A stretch of DNA of 57,614 nucleotides, counting the filler, from Dirinaria sp. TL-2023a (lineage: Eukaryota), in the NCBI GenBank assembly GCA_051941275.1. It is 6 parts of 6 records of this genome, joined end to end, with 100 filler letters (N's around TTAATTAATTAA, not from the genome) between each part and the next. Parts side by side here need not be neighbours in the genome. Positions count along the whole stretch, not along the records: positions 28,905 to 38,410 come from JAVEBF010001041.1; positions 38,511 to 48,013 come from JAVEBF010001042.1; 4 more parts are not named here. One strand, 5' to 3'. Below the pieces are notes generated by a model. That model was not told the DNA's origin, made no database searches, and saw only the letters and a list, made by a program, of their open reading frames with translations. Position numbers and translations under genes: made by a program. Numbering within the stretch: the stretch's first letter is position 1; every line of letters starts with the position of its first letter. Positions 35,679-46,931 of this stretch are shown here, piece after piece.

Positions 35679-36769
35679 ATGTCGACCACTACGCAGAAAG
35701 CGGTGGATGCCGCCAAAACTGCTTCGGCCTCCACGAAGAATGCTCTCAAAACTCCGCTGGAAGAGACATCTCAATCCTCAGCCTCCTTCATTCACCACCC
35801 CTATACTCGCGCCGCCCTACCCTTCGTCAACGGCGGTCTAGCAGGCATGACAGCAACAACAGCTATCCAACCCATCGACATGGTGAAAGTCAGGCTGCAA
35901 CTGGCAGGTGAAGGCGCCAAGACCGGACCGCGACCCTCTCCACTGGCCGTGACGCGGGATATCATCGCCAGTGGGAAGTTCACAGACCTATACACCGGTC
36001 TCAGCGCCGGCCTGCTGCGGCAAGCAATCTACACCACCGCCCGCCTCGGCTTCTTCGATACCTTCATGAATACCCTGAAAGCCCGAGCAGAGACCAAAGG
36101 GCAGACAATCGGCTTCAAAGAGCGAGCAGCGGCGGGCTTATCGGCTGGAGGATTGGCGGCCATGGTGGGCAATCCTGCTGACTTGGCACTGATACGAATG
36201 CAAAGCGATGGCCTCAAACCGGTCGCTGCCCGCGCCAACTACACATCCGTTGTCGACGCCCTATCACGGATCGCCCGTGCGGAAGGTGTCGCTGCGCTGT
36301 GGAATGGGGCATCCCCCACCGTCGTGCGCGCCATGGCTCTCAATTTTGGCCAACTTGCTTTCTTTTCGGAAGCGAAGACGCAACTCAAGCAACGTACTCA
36401 GTGGGCGCCGTATACGCAGACTCTGACGGCGAGTGCGATTGCGGGGTTCTTTGCCAGCTTCTTCAGTCTGCCTTTCGATTTCGTGAAGACGCGACTGCAG
36501 AAACAGATCAGAGGTGCGGACGGAAGGCTGCCTTATAGTGGCATGGCGGATTGCTTTAGGAAAGTGGCCAGGGAAGAGGGTGTGCTGAGGTTTTACAGGG
36601 GGTTTGGGACTTACTATGTTCGCATCGCGCCACACGCGTGAGTTATAGCCTTTTCCCCTACCAGCGACTGGAGACTGTCCGTCGTGTAAAGGGCTAGCTG
36701 ACATGAGCGTCTCGGTACAGGATGGTCACACTGATAGTGGCTGACTACCTCGGTTTTATAACTCGATGA
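35679..36769 (+). CDS. Mitochondrial carrier, 2-oxoglutarate/malate (dicarboxylate) type
   Basis: Three PxDxxKxR-type signatures (PIDMVKVR, PADLALIR, PFDFVKTR) and GLSAGLLRQAIYTTARLG. Intron 36638-36720 gives ...RIAPHAMVTLIVADYLGFITR*. An alternative in-frame ATG lies at 35592. Confidence 0.92.
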
Positions 36770-37319
36770 ACCGTTGCTCCTTCCTGGGGGATAGTGACCG
36801 CGGGGGCGCTGACACGACAGTAAATACGATCGGCATGGGACTTTCATGTTTAGACTCAAGAGAGAGCGAATCATGGAATAGAGGGCCAGGTGCGCGCGTT
36901 TCAAGATTAGGCTTCCACCCATCAAGAAATTTTGAACAAAGGAGGAGGGGGTCTTTTTTTCTGAATAGGAAACCCGACATAGGTATGTCTCGCAGTTGGC
37001 TTACTCCAGCTTTTTCCGAACGCTATCGCACAGATGAGACAAACGAGACATGGCGGTGTATTTTGGAGTCAGGATTCAGGGGCTCTTTAACAGGGGCTCT
37101 TTATCAGAGGGACCTTGCTTGTCTGGATTGCGTTTAGAGTCCAGTACTTTTTGCTTGTAGGGAGGTTGTAAAGGGTATCAGGGGTACTCGGTTTCTACTA
37201 CCTAAGGTATTCTGGGAAACCCTACCACCCTGGCATACCTTATGCAAAGCAATCAGCTACATACATTATACATTCACTATACACACTCACACCCACTACC
37301 CTGAATCAAACGAACTTTG

Positions 37320-37344
37320 AAAAAAAAAAAAAAAAAAAAAAAAA
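37320..37344 (+). repeat. Poly(A) tract
   Basis: Uninterrupted A run. Confidence 0.9.
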
Positions 37345-37381
37345 CCCAGCTCCTTCCTTTCCCTTCAGACTCTTAACTCAC

Positions 37382-38395
37382 TTACTCCTCATCCTCCTCA
37401 TCCAAACTCAATACATCCGCCGTTGCTCCACTAGGCTCTTCACCTTCATCACCTTCATCATCTTCCGCCTCGGCAGAAAACTGCGTCTCACCCACCACCT
37501 CCTCACCACCCTCATCTTCCCCCCCTTGTCCCTGGAGCTGAGTACCAGGAACCATACTCACTTCTCTCTCCTCCACCCGTCCTCTCCCACTCATGATCTC
37601 CCGCTTGATCCTCAAATCCACGTTTTGGGCCTGCGAACCCGTGGTCTTCATCCTCTTCTTCCTCCGTTCTTCCAATTGAATCTGGGACTCCTCTTCCTCA
37701 TCTTCAAAATCATCCGCCCGCGCCCGCTGCTGCTGTCGTGCTTGGATCCTCCGGATCTGTCGCACCAGCGCCGCGTCGGGGACTAATGTATCCTCCGTCA
37801 GCAGCACGCGGCATTCGGGGCACGCCATCGCTTTTTTCTGCTCTCCTCTTCCCCTATTACCACGACCCATTTGCGTTTGCGTTTGCATTTGCGACGGTTC
37901 AGAAGAAGAGGATGAAGAGATAAACATCTCGCTATGCGAAAGCATATCCAAAATCGCACTCTTTTCAAACGCGTGCGGACATTTCGTGCTCCGCACCGGT
38001 TCCTGCATGGGGAGTAGGGTAAGCGGACACCGGATCGAGCGGCGTTCGGACGCGATCTGCACGTCTTCATCCGAATCCTCGTCAGCGGCGGCTGATGGTT
38101 TCCGATTCTTGGAATTGGCGTTGGCAGCAAGTTGGGAGGAAGGAGAAGAAGAGGAGGGAAACCACGTCGAAGCATGCGGCATCGGCGGCGCCTCCTCGCC
38201 CGGGTTCTGCGCGTCGTGCACCAGTTTCCGGAACCCGATGTAGTCGTTGTGCGAGGCGTAGCGGTCGCGCAGCGACCTCCCTTCATAGGCCGATGTCAAG
38301 GCGGACAGTTTCCGCTCCAGGAATCGCGTCGGGGATTCTTCGTGCTCTCCTTCTTCGACATCCGGATCCGGATTCAGAGATGCACCCAAAGTACT
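37382..38395 (-). CDS. MMS21: SMC5/6 SUMO E3 ligase Nse2/Mms21, last exon (5' part off-contig)
   Basis: SP-RING CPLTLLPMQEPVRSTKCPHAFEKSAI...CPEC; RYASHNDYIGFRKLVHDA segment typical of fungal Nse2; CAG acceptor at 38396-38398 next to the contig end. Confidence 0.85.
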   Translation of the reverse strand, partial: STLGASLNPDPDVEEGEHEESPTRFLERKLSALTSAYEGRSLRDRYASHNDYIGFRKLVHDAQNPGEEAPPMPHASTWFPSSSSPSSQLAANANSKNRKPSAAADEDSDEDVQIASERRSIRCPLTLLPMQEPVRSTKCPHAFEKSAILDMLSHSEMFISSSSSSEPSQMQTQTQMGRGNRGRGEQKKAMACPECRVLLTEDTLVPDAALVRQIRRIQARQQQRARADDFEDEEEESQIQLEERRKKRMKTTGSQAQNVDLRIKREIMSGRGRVEEREVSMVPGTQLQGQGGEDEGGEEVVGETQFSAEAEDDEGDEGEEPSGATADVLSLDEEDEE

Positions 38396-38410
38396 CTGCG
38401 TAGCATTATG

Positions 38411-38510
38411 NNNNNNNNNNNNNNNNNNNNNNNNNNNNNNNNNNNNNNNNNNNNTTAATTAATTAANNNNNNNNNNNNNNNNNNNNNNNNNNNNNNNNNN
38501 NNNNNNNNNN
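38411..38510. other. Artificial contig spacer
   Basis: N44-TTAATTAATTAA-N44. Confidence 0.99.
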
Positions 38511-40553
38511 GTATATATCTTACTCACTCGACTCTTGGTTTTCAGAAGTTGCTCTCGCTCTCGACTGGCGAATACTTCTTTTCTTTATCCTTTCCTTTCC
38601 TTTCTTTCACAACAATAAAAAAAAAAAAAAAAAAAAAAATCGAAAGGATCAGGGATGTACGAGTTGAATGGTTCCAACGAGAGAAACTAAGGAAAAGATG
38701 TATGTTTGGATACCACATCAGGAGGGGCTCGAAATTATTTGAGTCAGGGGTTTTTGGACCTATTCTTTTTTGAGGAAGGCGGGGAGCCGGCCGGGGGAGG
38801 GGTTTGACGCTTTGAATCTTTGATAAGGTAGATAGGTCCGTAGCGAGGGAAGGATGCGCATCTATGATATCTATTTATGTTTATGTGTCTGGAGCGTTTC
38901 TGATTGGCTTTTTTTTCCCTTTCGTTTTTGATCATTGGATATTAGATCAATAGAGAGATCTGTGTGGTATACACTATGTTCAATTCTCGTAACGAAATCT
39001 TCCAGATCTTCGAGTTTGATTCGTGTGGTTGGTTAATAGGGATGCTAAATATGTTCCGCTCGCCCTGACTTCTGTATCATACCCCATACAACTATAGCAT
39101 ACATGAATACCTTGGTTTTATTATCTAATTTCCCTTTCTGTTTTTTTTTTTTTCCTTTCTTTTTCATTGATTGAAGATGAACATTCGAAACAGAAAACGT
39201 ACTGTCGAAGAAAAAATGACTCGATTTGTCACGCAGACATTAACAATGAAATATTTCGATTTCTATTAAGATTATTGTCTTATGAATCATGGAATGTAGC
39301 TCAATATTAAAGTACAAATTGAATCGCTAGTGTCTGAAGTAAGACAGATAAATTCTAAAGTGTGACTTTGATGTAAAATGACGTATAATAAGCTCGGCTT
39401 TTCGATAAGGGGGTAGAATGGATAGGGTAGTGAGGAGTGTAACCGGCATTAAAAAGGGTTTTTCAGAAGTATTGAAAAAGAGGAGGATTTTTAGATTTGA
39501 TCGCTGTACTCAAGGGTGAGCATGCACGAGGGAGGTTTGGTTCCGGGCTCAAGTTGTGAAGTTTAGGAGAAAATTCTCTAAGGGGAAATCAGAAAATAGT
39601 GAGCGGAACGGGAGGGCTTGGAATTTCTTTGGAGATATTTTGGATCACCAGTGGATTGACTCGGGGAGGAGGGGTTTGACAAGGGACATTTTGGCGACAG
39701 TCTTGATAGTAAAGATTTTCGTGAGTATTTCTCGATATATGTAGGCTGCATATACAATTTTTGACTTTTTCTCTTGGATAGCTCGCGCAATGAGATAACG
39801 ATGATGAGGGAGTATGGATTTTAGCTAATCTTTCTTTGCTGACGGCGACTTTTTGAGTCAGTGGAGGAGGAGTATAGCTGAGGTAGAATTTTGATAGCTC
39901 TTGAGTAGAAGGGAATGGATTAGCTAAATCAAATATTAAGGATAAGAAAGGCGGTGACGAGGAGTAAGGAGCTACATCAGACAGAGAGAGTGCTATGAAG
40001 GGAGATTAATGTTGAATGAAAGAAAAGAGGGGGGAGAAGCTGAGGTTGTAACATTTGACAAAAAAACTGTCTACCTCCCCGCCCTTTTTTCAGAACTTGC
40101 ATCAACATCAATCGAAATCTAGATTTGAAATGTTAGTTCTATAATAAACTTTTCTCTCGTTGTGTACAACCCATATGTCCAAATTTTCCCCCTTCAAAGT
40201 CATATTTGCGCTCGTGTATTACTACCTGCATACTTGAAAGAGAGACCATCGCGATCTTTCTTCAAAAAAAATGTATTAAAAAAATTAATTCTCGTTTCTT
40301 TCTACAAACAGATTTTAGTTGTGCGATCAGGAGGGTTTGATCCAGGTAAGAAATCAGCGTCTTGGCATTGTCATGTACATTATATTATTTTAGTCACAAC
40401 CCCTCAAACCCTCCCAACAGTTCTAACTTCACTGTCATCAAAATTGGTCAATTCCACGAAATGTATACCCAACACATACATTCCACCAGACTATCCTCAA
40501 ACCGCCGCGCACCTCTTGCAGCAGCCTTGCGGGGAAGAGTGAATACCGAAGAA

Positions 40554-41628
40554 ATGTCCGAACCTTTCTATCCGACGCGTCGGCGGAGTGACACCCCGCT
40601 AGGTTTTCTCGACCTACCACTAGAGCTTCGAGTCGAGGTCTACAGTCATCTTCTCGTGGTATCTGATCCAATCATAGTCTACTCAGGCGCGTCAAATACA
40701 AGCCCAAAGGAGGACACCCAAGTACGAGATGGTTACCGAAGCATTGTGCAAACAACTGAAGAACGGACGAAGACCGAATATGCTATTGTTAAGTCTTTCA
40801 CTCTAGGCCTTCTAGCGTGCAGCAGACAAATCTCGGACGAAGCTGGTGCTATCCTGTACGGGCGCAATACTTTCAGTTTCAAAGGGCAAAATACTTGGGA
40901 TGCCCTCTACATTTTCCTCCAGATGCTTTATGTAGAAAACAAGGATCGCTTGCACAGTCTTGAGATCGATGTCTCTATTCCAAAAAGATTATGGCGGTCG
41001 GCTGACGGCATTTGCACCACTTTAGAGGATCGATGGAGTCTTCGAAAGGTTGTCGCCCGACCAACTTACTTGCAGGATTCTCCCAATCTACTCGGGGAAG
41101 GCTTTGTAGAACATTTGGATCCGGCAATAGAAGCGTGCTTTCGTAGCCTCAAGGGCAGAAAGTCGCCCTTGACATTGACATTGAACCTACAAAGGTTCTA
41201 TCTGCCCGGATTGGAAACGACTGACGACGCGTACGACGACGCCTTCCGTTGGGAAGTGAGCTTGCCAGCCAGTAAGTGATTTCGGATCTTCCACATCCAT
41301 TTTCGCTACTCTTACTCATTCGATACACCTGAATAAGAGTTTCCCTTTGCGCAACGCCGATTATCTCACGCCTTGCACTGCAAGAAGTTTACTGATACTG
41401 AAGCATACCACAGTGATTGAGAAATGCAGACGCGAACTCATCACAGATGACATTGCTAAAAACCCAGTGGATATCATATGGCAGGGTCAGTGCGAAAGGG
41501 ACTTATTTTTGGAACAGCAGCAGCAGCTTCAGGATACCGGATGGATTATACTTGACGCCAAAGAGAGCACCACCCTTTGGGCAGGCTTTAACGAAAAGAC
41601 CATGCGTTTCAGCCTACGGTGGAGGTGA
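40554..41628 (+). CDS. Hypothetical protein with N-terminal F-box-like (LPxExRxxIY) motif
   Basis: FLDLPLELRVEVYSHLL...LLACSRQISDEAGAILYGRNTFSF is a common fungal F-box-like module. Intron 41272-41413 (GTAAGT..ACTGA..CAG) joins in frame to the 41347-41628 ORF. Confidence 0.75.
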
Positions 41629-42687
41629 CGGCGGAGAAATTTCGATGGAAGAGCCCTCAAGAAATCGCTGAGCACTTCAACGTGTCTGTAATCCGACCTG
41701 CAATGTACTTGATATGAAAACGACGATTAACGCTGGCTTCATAGGTGCTGTCCAGTAGGACACGCGCAAGATCCTAGGCGGATCTCCTATTCCATGGTCT
41801 GGTGACAAGGTACCACAGGAAGTATATCTATGAGCTTTCACAGAATAATCGATTCAGAACTTCCAAGCTTGTTGTCTAATTCCTTTCATTCAAAATTGGG
41901 GGAAGCTATTGGGCTCAGTAAACCTACACACGGTTAATCGAACCTACAGTATGATGCTTGTCAGGGTAACATACAGCATGATATCCAGTTTGGATTGCAG
42001 TCCAAGAGGCGTTATGACAGGTAGCAAGGTAGGTAATATGGGAAATAGCCTAGTGAGCAGTATGACAAATAATCTGCTACATAGCATGACAGACAGTATA
42101 AGGATCTTCTTAAACAACCGTTTCACTCTGTCTGCTATTATGACCACGACGAGATGATGGACAGATAGAGAGGACATCAGTGATCTCAGACTACATGTAC
42201 CTAGAAGATACTCATGTCCAAAAACAAATATTTTTTTTTTTTGAAGCTCTATATAAAATTACGATGTCCAATTAGGATTTGAAATTTAGATTGTAGTTTT
42301 CCAGCTTTGAAATAAGGCGCAGTCCACCAAAAACATTCCGTCGAGGCAGCAAACAGATAAATTAGACCTCTATCGTGTATCAGGAGACTTCTTTTTTCTC
42401 GTGGCATGACAAATTAGCTAGAAACCCTGTGACGTTGCCGAAATATACACTCGACTCGAGACGAAACAGATTATTGAAATCATCGATATAGCTCTATGCT
42501 AATGTTGAAACAAGTTCATATTCAAGATCATTGATTCCGGGTGGTAGAAACATTGGAGTGGTTGACTTGTATTGGGTGCTGATTTTTCGGGAAGGAGATT
42601 AATCATGTACAGAGATCTGGCCTGAATTCATCGATTGCTCGTCATCCTTCATTATCCTGGCTCTCCTCCGCTAACTCCTTCACTGTC

Positions 42688-43851
42688 TCAATCTGTACCC
42701 CACTTGGTAATAGTATGATAGGTACGATGGAGCTCATCCCTTGTGTGGTGGGTCTGAGGATCTCGCTTATGGACTTTTTTCGTGGCCTCGTTGTACGAGA
42801 AACAGGTCGTGTTTACTGCCTTCGAGCAAAGAGGATAGACTATACGCTCCGTCATGTCGCAGAAGAGCTCCTCGATCATCGAAACGAAATCCGGGCCTCG
42901 AGAGTTGGGATGCTCGCAAAGGTGCGCCGCGCTGTGCTCTTCATGGTTGCTGATCACAAGGTGTCCTTGGTGTGCGTGCCTCGGCGTCGATGTCCCGGTG
43001 GCTGCGGAATAGACCTGACCCGTAGCAGTGCCGTTTGGAGATGCGCCCTCAGTAGTGGCCGTCGGGTACGGCGGTTGCGATTCTGGGTGGTGAATCCGGG
43101 AAACTCGGTCTCTCCTCCCCACGCTATTCGGCGGCGGTCCAGAACCAACTCGCGCACCGTCATCCAAGCCCCCCGGCACTTTGGAGTTGTGGTTGCTGGT
43201 CGTGGATGCCGAGAACGAGAACGCCTGGTCGCAGTACGTGCTCGTGACGTTCGGAGAGGTCGCGTTGGCCAGGATGAATTCCATATCGACCGAGAATTCT
43301 TCCAGCGGATGTTTCTTCCCCTTCCCACCATCTATCCACATGCAGTTGGGTCGGTAGGGCTTGCCATCCGATGTCTTGCCCCAATACGAATTCGAGAAGT
43401 ACCAATCCTGATCGCACATCTCGCCAAAATCGCCGGTCCAGCCGGAAAACAAAGTCTCCATCCAAAAGAGCTCGATCCACTGAACGCAGACCGCGTCCGA
43501 GCCGCCTTGCTGTATCATCAGTTCTGTGGCTTGGATATCGCCGTTGCCACCGCTGTTGTCCAATATGGTGGCGGATATCTCTCCCTCCTTCATATGGCTC
43601 GGCATGTGCCCGGTCCCGATATACCTCCCCGTTACGTCGTAGCCGCTGACGACGAGTCCATCACCGCCGAAACTGTTCTGGTCTCCACCAGCGAATATAC
43701 CTACACCGATCTTGATTAAGCTGTTACCGCCACTACCCGGAGTGCTGCCGAGGCCGGTTTGAGTGTCCCGCGCTAGATCGATTATCTTTGTTACTGCCTC
43801 AGTAGCGGGGCCGACTAGAGCGATCGCACCTTCTACAGCGGCAAGGGCCAT
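42688..43851 (-). CDS. Cys-rich, probably extracellular hypothetical protein (387 aa)
   Basis: Long GC-rich ORF. Beta-type domain (DAVCVQWIEL..WTGDFGEMCDQDWY..RPNCMWIDG), S/T/P linker and C-terminal SAAHLCEHPNSRGPDFVS..LFCDM..PLC module that I recall from uncharacterised fungal secreted proteins. Signal peptide is weak. Confidence 0.75.
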   Translation of the reverse strand: MALAAVEGAIALVGPATEAVTKIIDLARDTQTGLGSTPGSGGNSLIKIGVGIFAGGDQNSFGGDGLVVSGYDVTGRYIGTGHMPSHMKEGEISATILDNSGGNGDIQATELMIQQGGSDAVCVQWIELFWMETLFSGWTGDFGEMCDQDWYFSNSYWGKTSDGKPYRPNCMWIDGGKGKKHPLEEFSVDMEFILANATSPNVTSTYCDQAFSFSASTTSNHNSKVPGGLDDGARVGSGPPPNSVGRRDRVSRIHHPESQPPYPTATTEGASPNGTATGQVYSAATGTSTPRHAHQGHLVISNHEEHSAAHLCEHPNSRGPDFVSMIEELFCDMTERIVYPLCSKAVNTTCFSYNEATKKVHKRDPQTHHTRDELHRTYHTITKWGTD

Positions 43852-45536
43852 GATAGACGGTAGAAGAGTTATCGATTAATGAAGTAAAAGAATTGAAAAT
43901 TGGGCTCGGTTTGATACTTGCGCTTGCGATTACTAGACCGGCTAGCTTTTTAAATTAAAGGATAAGACGCTACGATTAGGGGATCTTCGAGCAGCGTAGG
44001 TTCCTAGACCAGCTAGGTTTGAAAGTAGTATAAATCGGTTTTAGATGGAGATGCAGTCATAATGTCTCAACGAGAGTAGCGTTCATATATACCTCGAAAG
44101 TCTGGGATCTACTGCTGGGATATTACTGAAAAAGGGCATTGTATGACAACTATGTCATATAGCAAGGAGTGTTTCATTCAAAGTGCAGCGTCGCAAATTA
44201 TCGATAATTCTGCCTGCGAGCGAAAGTATTCTATTGGATTTTGTTGCGTTTGTAGCCTTTACTGGTTTCGAACGGACGGTCGATAGAAGGCTTAGAGAAC
44301 ATGAAACTGGGGACGTTGTGAAAAACATAGATACAGAGTCAAAATTCAACATGTGATGCAAAGCTGCTCGATTGATATCAATATCTTGGATTGATAATCC
44401 TCCACACCCGGATAGAGAGGTTTTGAATTTTAGTCGCGCCATTTCTCTGAAGCGTGTTTTAGGAATGGACTTTTGTAACGACGAGAAACGTAAAGCAATT
44501 CTGTGTTTGAAATCCGAGGTTTCGAGGACAGGGTCGCGGCACAGGGGCCAAAAAGAGCTCGTCTCAAACTGTGCCGTGACGGTTGCCTACTGGCGGAGCC
44601 CATCCTCTTCAAAGTTGACTGTGGTCCAAGAGCTACGCCGTCCGAGCCTTTCGAAACATTCTTTCCGCGACGCATCTGTCACAGAGGCGATGCCGCTTGG
44701 GAATCCGTAGGCCATCGGGCAGGATCAAAATTGCCGCCCCCTAACAGCATGTGATATACCATCTATTACCTTCAAGCAGCCACAAACCACCTCCAGACTA
44801 CCCGTATACTCTGTTTGATACAGAGGTATCGAGTTCTGGATCGCGCGTACAGGGGCTTGTATCGCCTCTTGCGCCGATGTTTGTATCATATTCGTTCCGA
44901 CGTCGTCCAGATCATATATGCGCGTATCGACAGTGACGTAGAATCTTCCCCGGTTTCTACTCTATATGGAGAGACCACTCCTAGCAATCTTCAAGCGGGA
45001 ATTTGAGCCTATTGCGATGTCGGATTTTCACATATCCTGTAGTGCACATCCAGGATTTGACCCAATAGGCTCCCAAACATGTCTCCAATCGTGCTGAACA
45101 TAGGAATCGACGCAGGAAAGCTGTTGCAGTCTTTTTTTAGGTCTTCCGTTGGCCAGCCGTAACTCAATTGAATTGCAACATTAGGCGTAAATCTCCATTT
45201 TCTATGAAAAAAACCAGTACGAGGCATTGCGATTGTCATTCCGTATTGTCCAGTCCTTCTCAAAGTGTTGGAGCACATGCAATGAAAATTCTGTTGAACT
45301 AAATAGATGGCGGCTAACGACTAGTCGGTTCTAATTGCACCTAAGGGAAGTGATCATGCAAATCTCTTCTATTTCTAATGTTATGCGTGCAAATTTTCGA
45401 TCTATTATTCAAAACCAGACATCCCACCCAACGAGAATTGAGAGAGTGGTCTTCATTTTCGATTGTTAATCTTGTAACTCAACAGCTTTGCAAGATCGTT
45501 ACCACAATTTAGAGGTAAAAACCTTTTTATCCACCA

Positions 45537-46931
45537 CTAGTTTGTACCGAGTTCAAGCAACTCGGCAGTGCGTCCAGCGCACTGCTGTCTGGGACGATAC
45601 TCTGACAAGCCTGGAGAAAAGTTATGATTAGATATCGCTGTCGCCATCACGGAATTATAGTAGCAAGGGAACTTTCTCACCGTTTTACACAAATCACCGG
45701 CTTTGGACATGTCGATACTAGCTGCCTTGGCTCGCGCAGTGGCTACTGCATTCGGATCTTCTGGATTTATTGGGGCACCCGTAGTAGGTGCTGCAGACTG
45801 ATATGGCGGGTCGATATGGTAGCATCCCCCAACGACGTAGCAATTCATATGATCAACGCTACCGGTACTGCCCAACTCTTCATTGCAGGCCTTAAAACCA
45901 GCAAGGCACACTTGTGTGCAGTTTTTCAGGATGGAGGATGCATCGACCGGGCCTGTTGGTGTTGGCGTCGCGACTTTGGATGGTGACTGAGTCGTGCTTG
46001 TGATCATGGATGATAGAGAGGAAATGGTGGAGTCATCGCCAGGAATAGATGCTGTAGAGAAGCTGGAGAGGCTGGTATCTGACGAAGTCCCACCAGTGGC
46101 CTGGATGGTAGCTGAACCAGTGCCCGTGGATAAAAGAGTTTGAAATGTTGTCAGAGGTCCTGAGTAGTTCAGAGGAACAGCGATATCGTCAATCAATGCT
46201 GGACAAGATTCACCTGCTGCCAATTCGTCGTTGAGACTTCTTTGCTTGTGCGTCGTTCCTGACCCATGTGGTCCGAACCATTTAACCCCCCAAGCAGCTA
46301 AGAATTCTTGGCAGCCCCATTCAGTTTCACGACCAGTGCATGCTTTCTGATGGATTGCTGGCTCTTCGCCATTGCCGAATCCATAAGCTATAATTGCACC
46401 TTTTTCCGGGCTTGGATGTGCATGTCTCTCGGGATTTTTGCTAAAATATCGGATCGCGCAAACAACTTCCGCGCAGGAACCCTTCGTCCGGTGTAAGGAA
46501 CTTGGTGCCCCACTTGCAACAGCTTTCTGGTCCGCTTCCTTCAGTAGCTCACGGACTTGCTTAGGAGTTGTGTCTTGGTAACCAAAGTTGCTGCCTTTGC
46601 CATACCTTGTAGAAGAGGCATAGTACATCATCGCGTCCTGGGGGATCCAGAGAGCGGCCATCATCGATGGCAATCGTGACCTTTTATCTTCGGCTTTGCC
46701 CTGGCTTTCTCGCGTCCAATCATCCACCATTTCGTCCCAGGCTTGCTTCACCAGAGGCAGGATTACGGCCTCCGATATACCCATATCTTTGTATTGCTCC
46801 AAGGATTCTTCGCCAGCGTAGTACACGAAGTTGCTGTCCCTCACTTTGTTGAGAACCTGTCCATACACCAAATTGAATCCACGCGGCCACAATAAGAGTG
46901 TGGCTAAAATTATAGCGGGTATCAGACGCAT
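45537..46931 (-). CDS. Secreted protein with putative deaminase-fold domain, S/T-rich linker and Cys-rich C-terminus
   Basis: Signal peptide MRLIPAIILATLLLWPRGFNLVYG; HRTKGSCAEVVC (CAE at 46467-46475); IIAYG strand; ACTGRETEWGC (46311-46343). The CDS is well supported; the function is inferred. Confidence 0.75.
   Translation of the reverse strand: MRLIPAIILATLLLWPRGFNLVYGQVLNKVRDSNFVYYAGEESLEQYKDMGISEAVILPLVKQAWDEMVDDWTRESQGKAEDKRSRLPSMMAALWIPQDAMMYYASSTRYGKGSNFGYQDTTPKQVRELLKEADQKAVASGAPSSLHRTKGSCAEVVCAIRYFSKNPERHAHPSPEKGAIIAYGFGNGEEPAIHQKACTGRETEWGCQEFLAAWGVKWFGPHGSGTTHKQRSLNDELAAGESCPALIDDIAVPLNYSGPLTTFQTLLSTGTGSATIQATGGTSSDTSLSSFSTASIPGDDSTISSLSSMITSTTQSPSKVATPTPTGPVDASSILKNCTQVCLAGFKACNEELGSTGSVDHMNCYVVGGCYHIDPPYQSAAPTTGAPINPEDPNAVATARAKAASIDMSKAGDLCKTVRKFPCYYNSVMATAISNHNFSPGLSEYRPRQQCAGRTAELLELGTN

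Noticed and set aside
38511..40350. AT-rich region as a DNA-transposon relic or tRNA/SINE fragments (ATCAGGAGGG near 38717 and 40325)
   Set aside because: No transposase motif, TIR or cloverleaf could be supported.
41909..42177. Overlapping low-complexity ORFs with weak 12/24-bp periodicity
   Set aside because: Short, no ATG-led protein-like frame; probably a decayed minisatellite.
42715..43719. 334-aa + strand ORF
   Set aside because: Arg-rich antisense shadow of the 387-aa minus-strand gene.
31079..46931. A secondary-metabolite or effector cluster linking the NRPS-like gene with contig-5 genes (or with mtfA)
   Set aside because: They lie on different contigs separated by artificial spacers.
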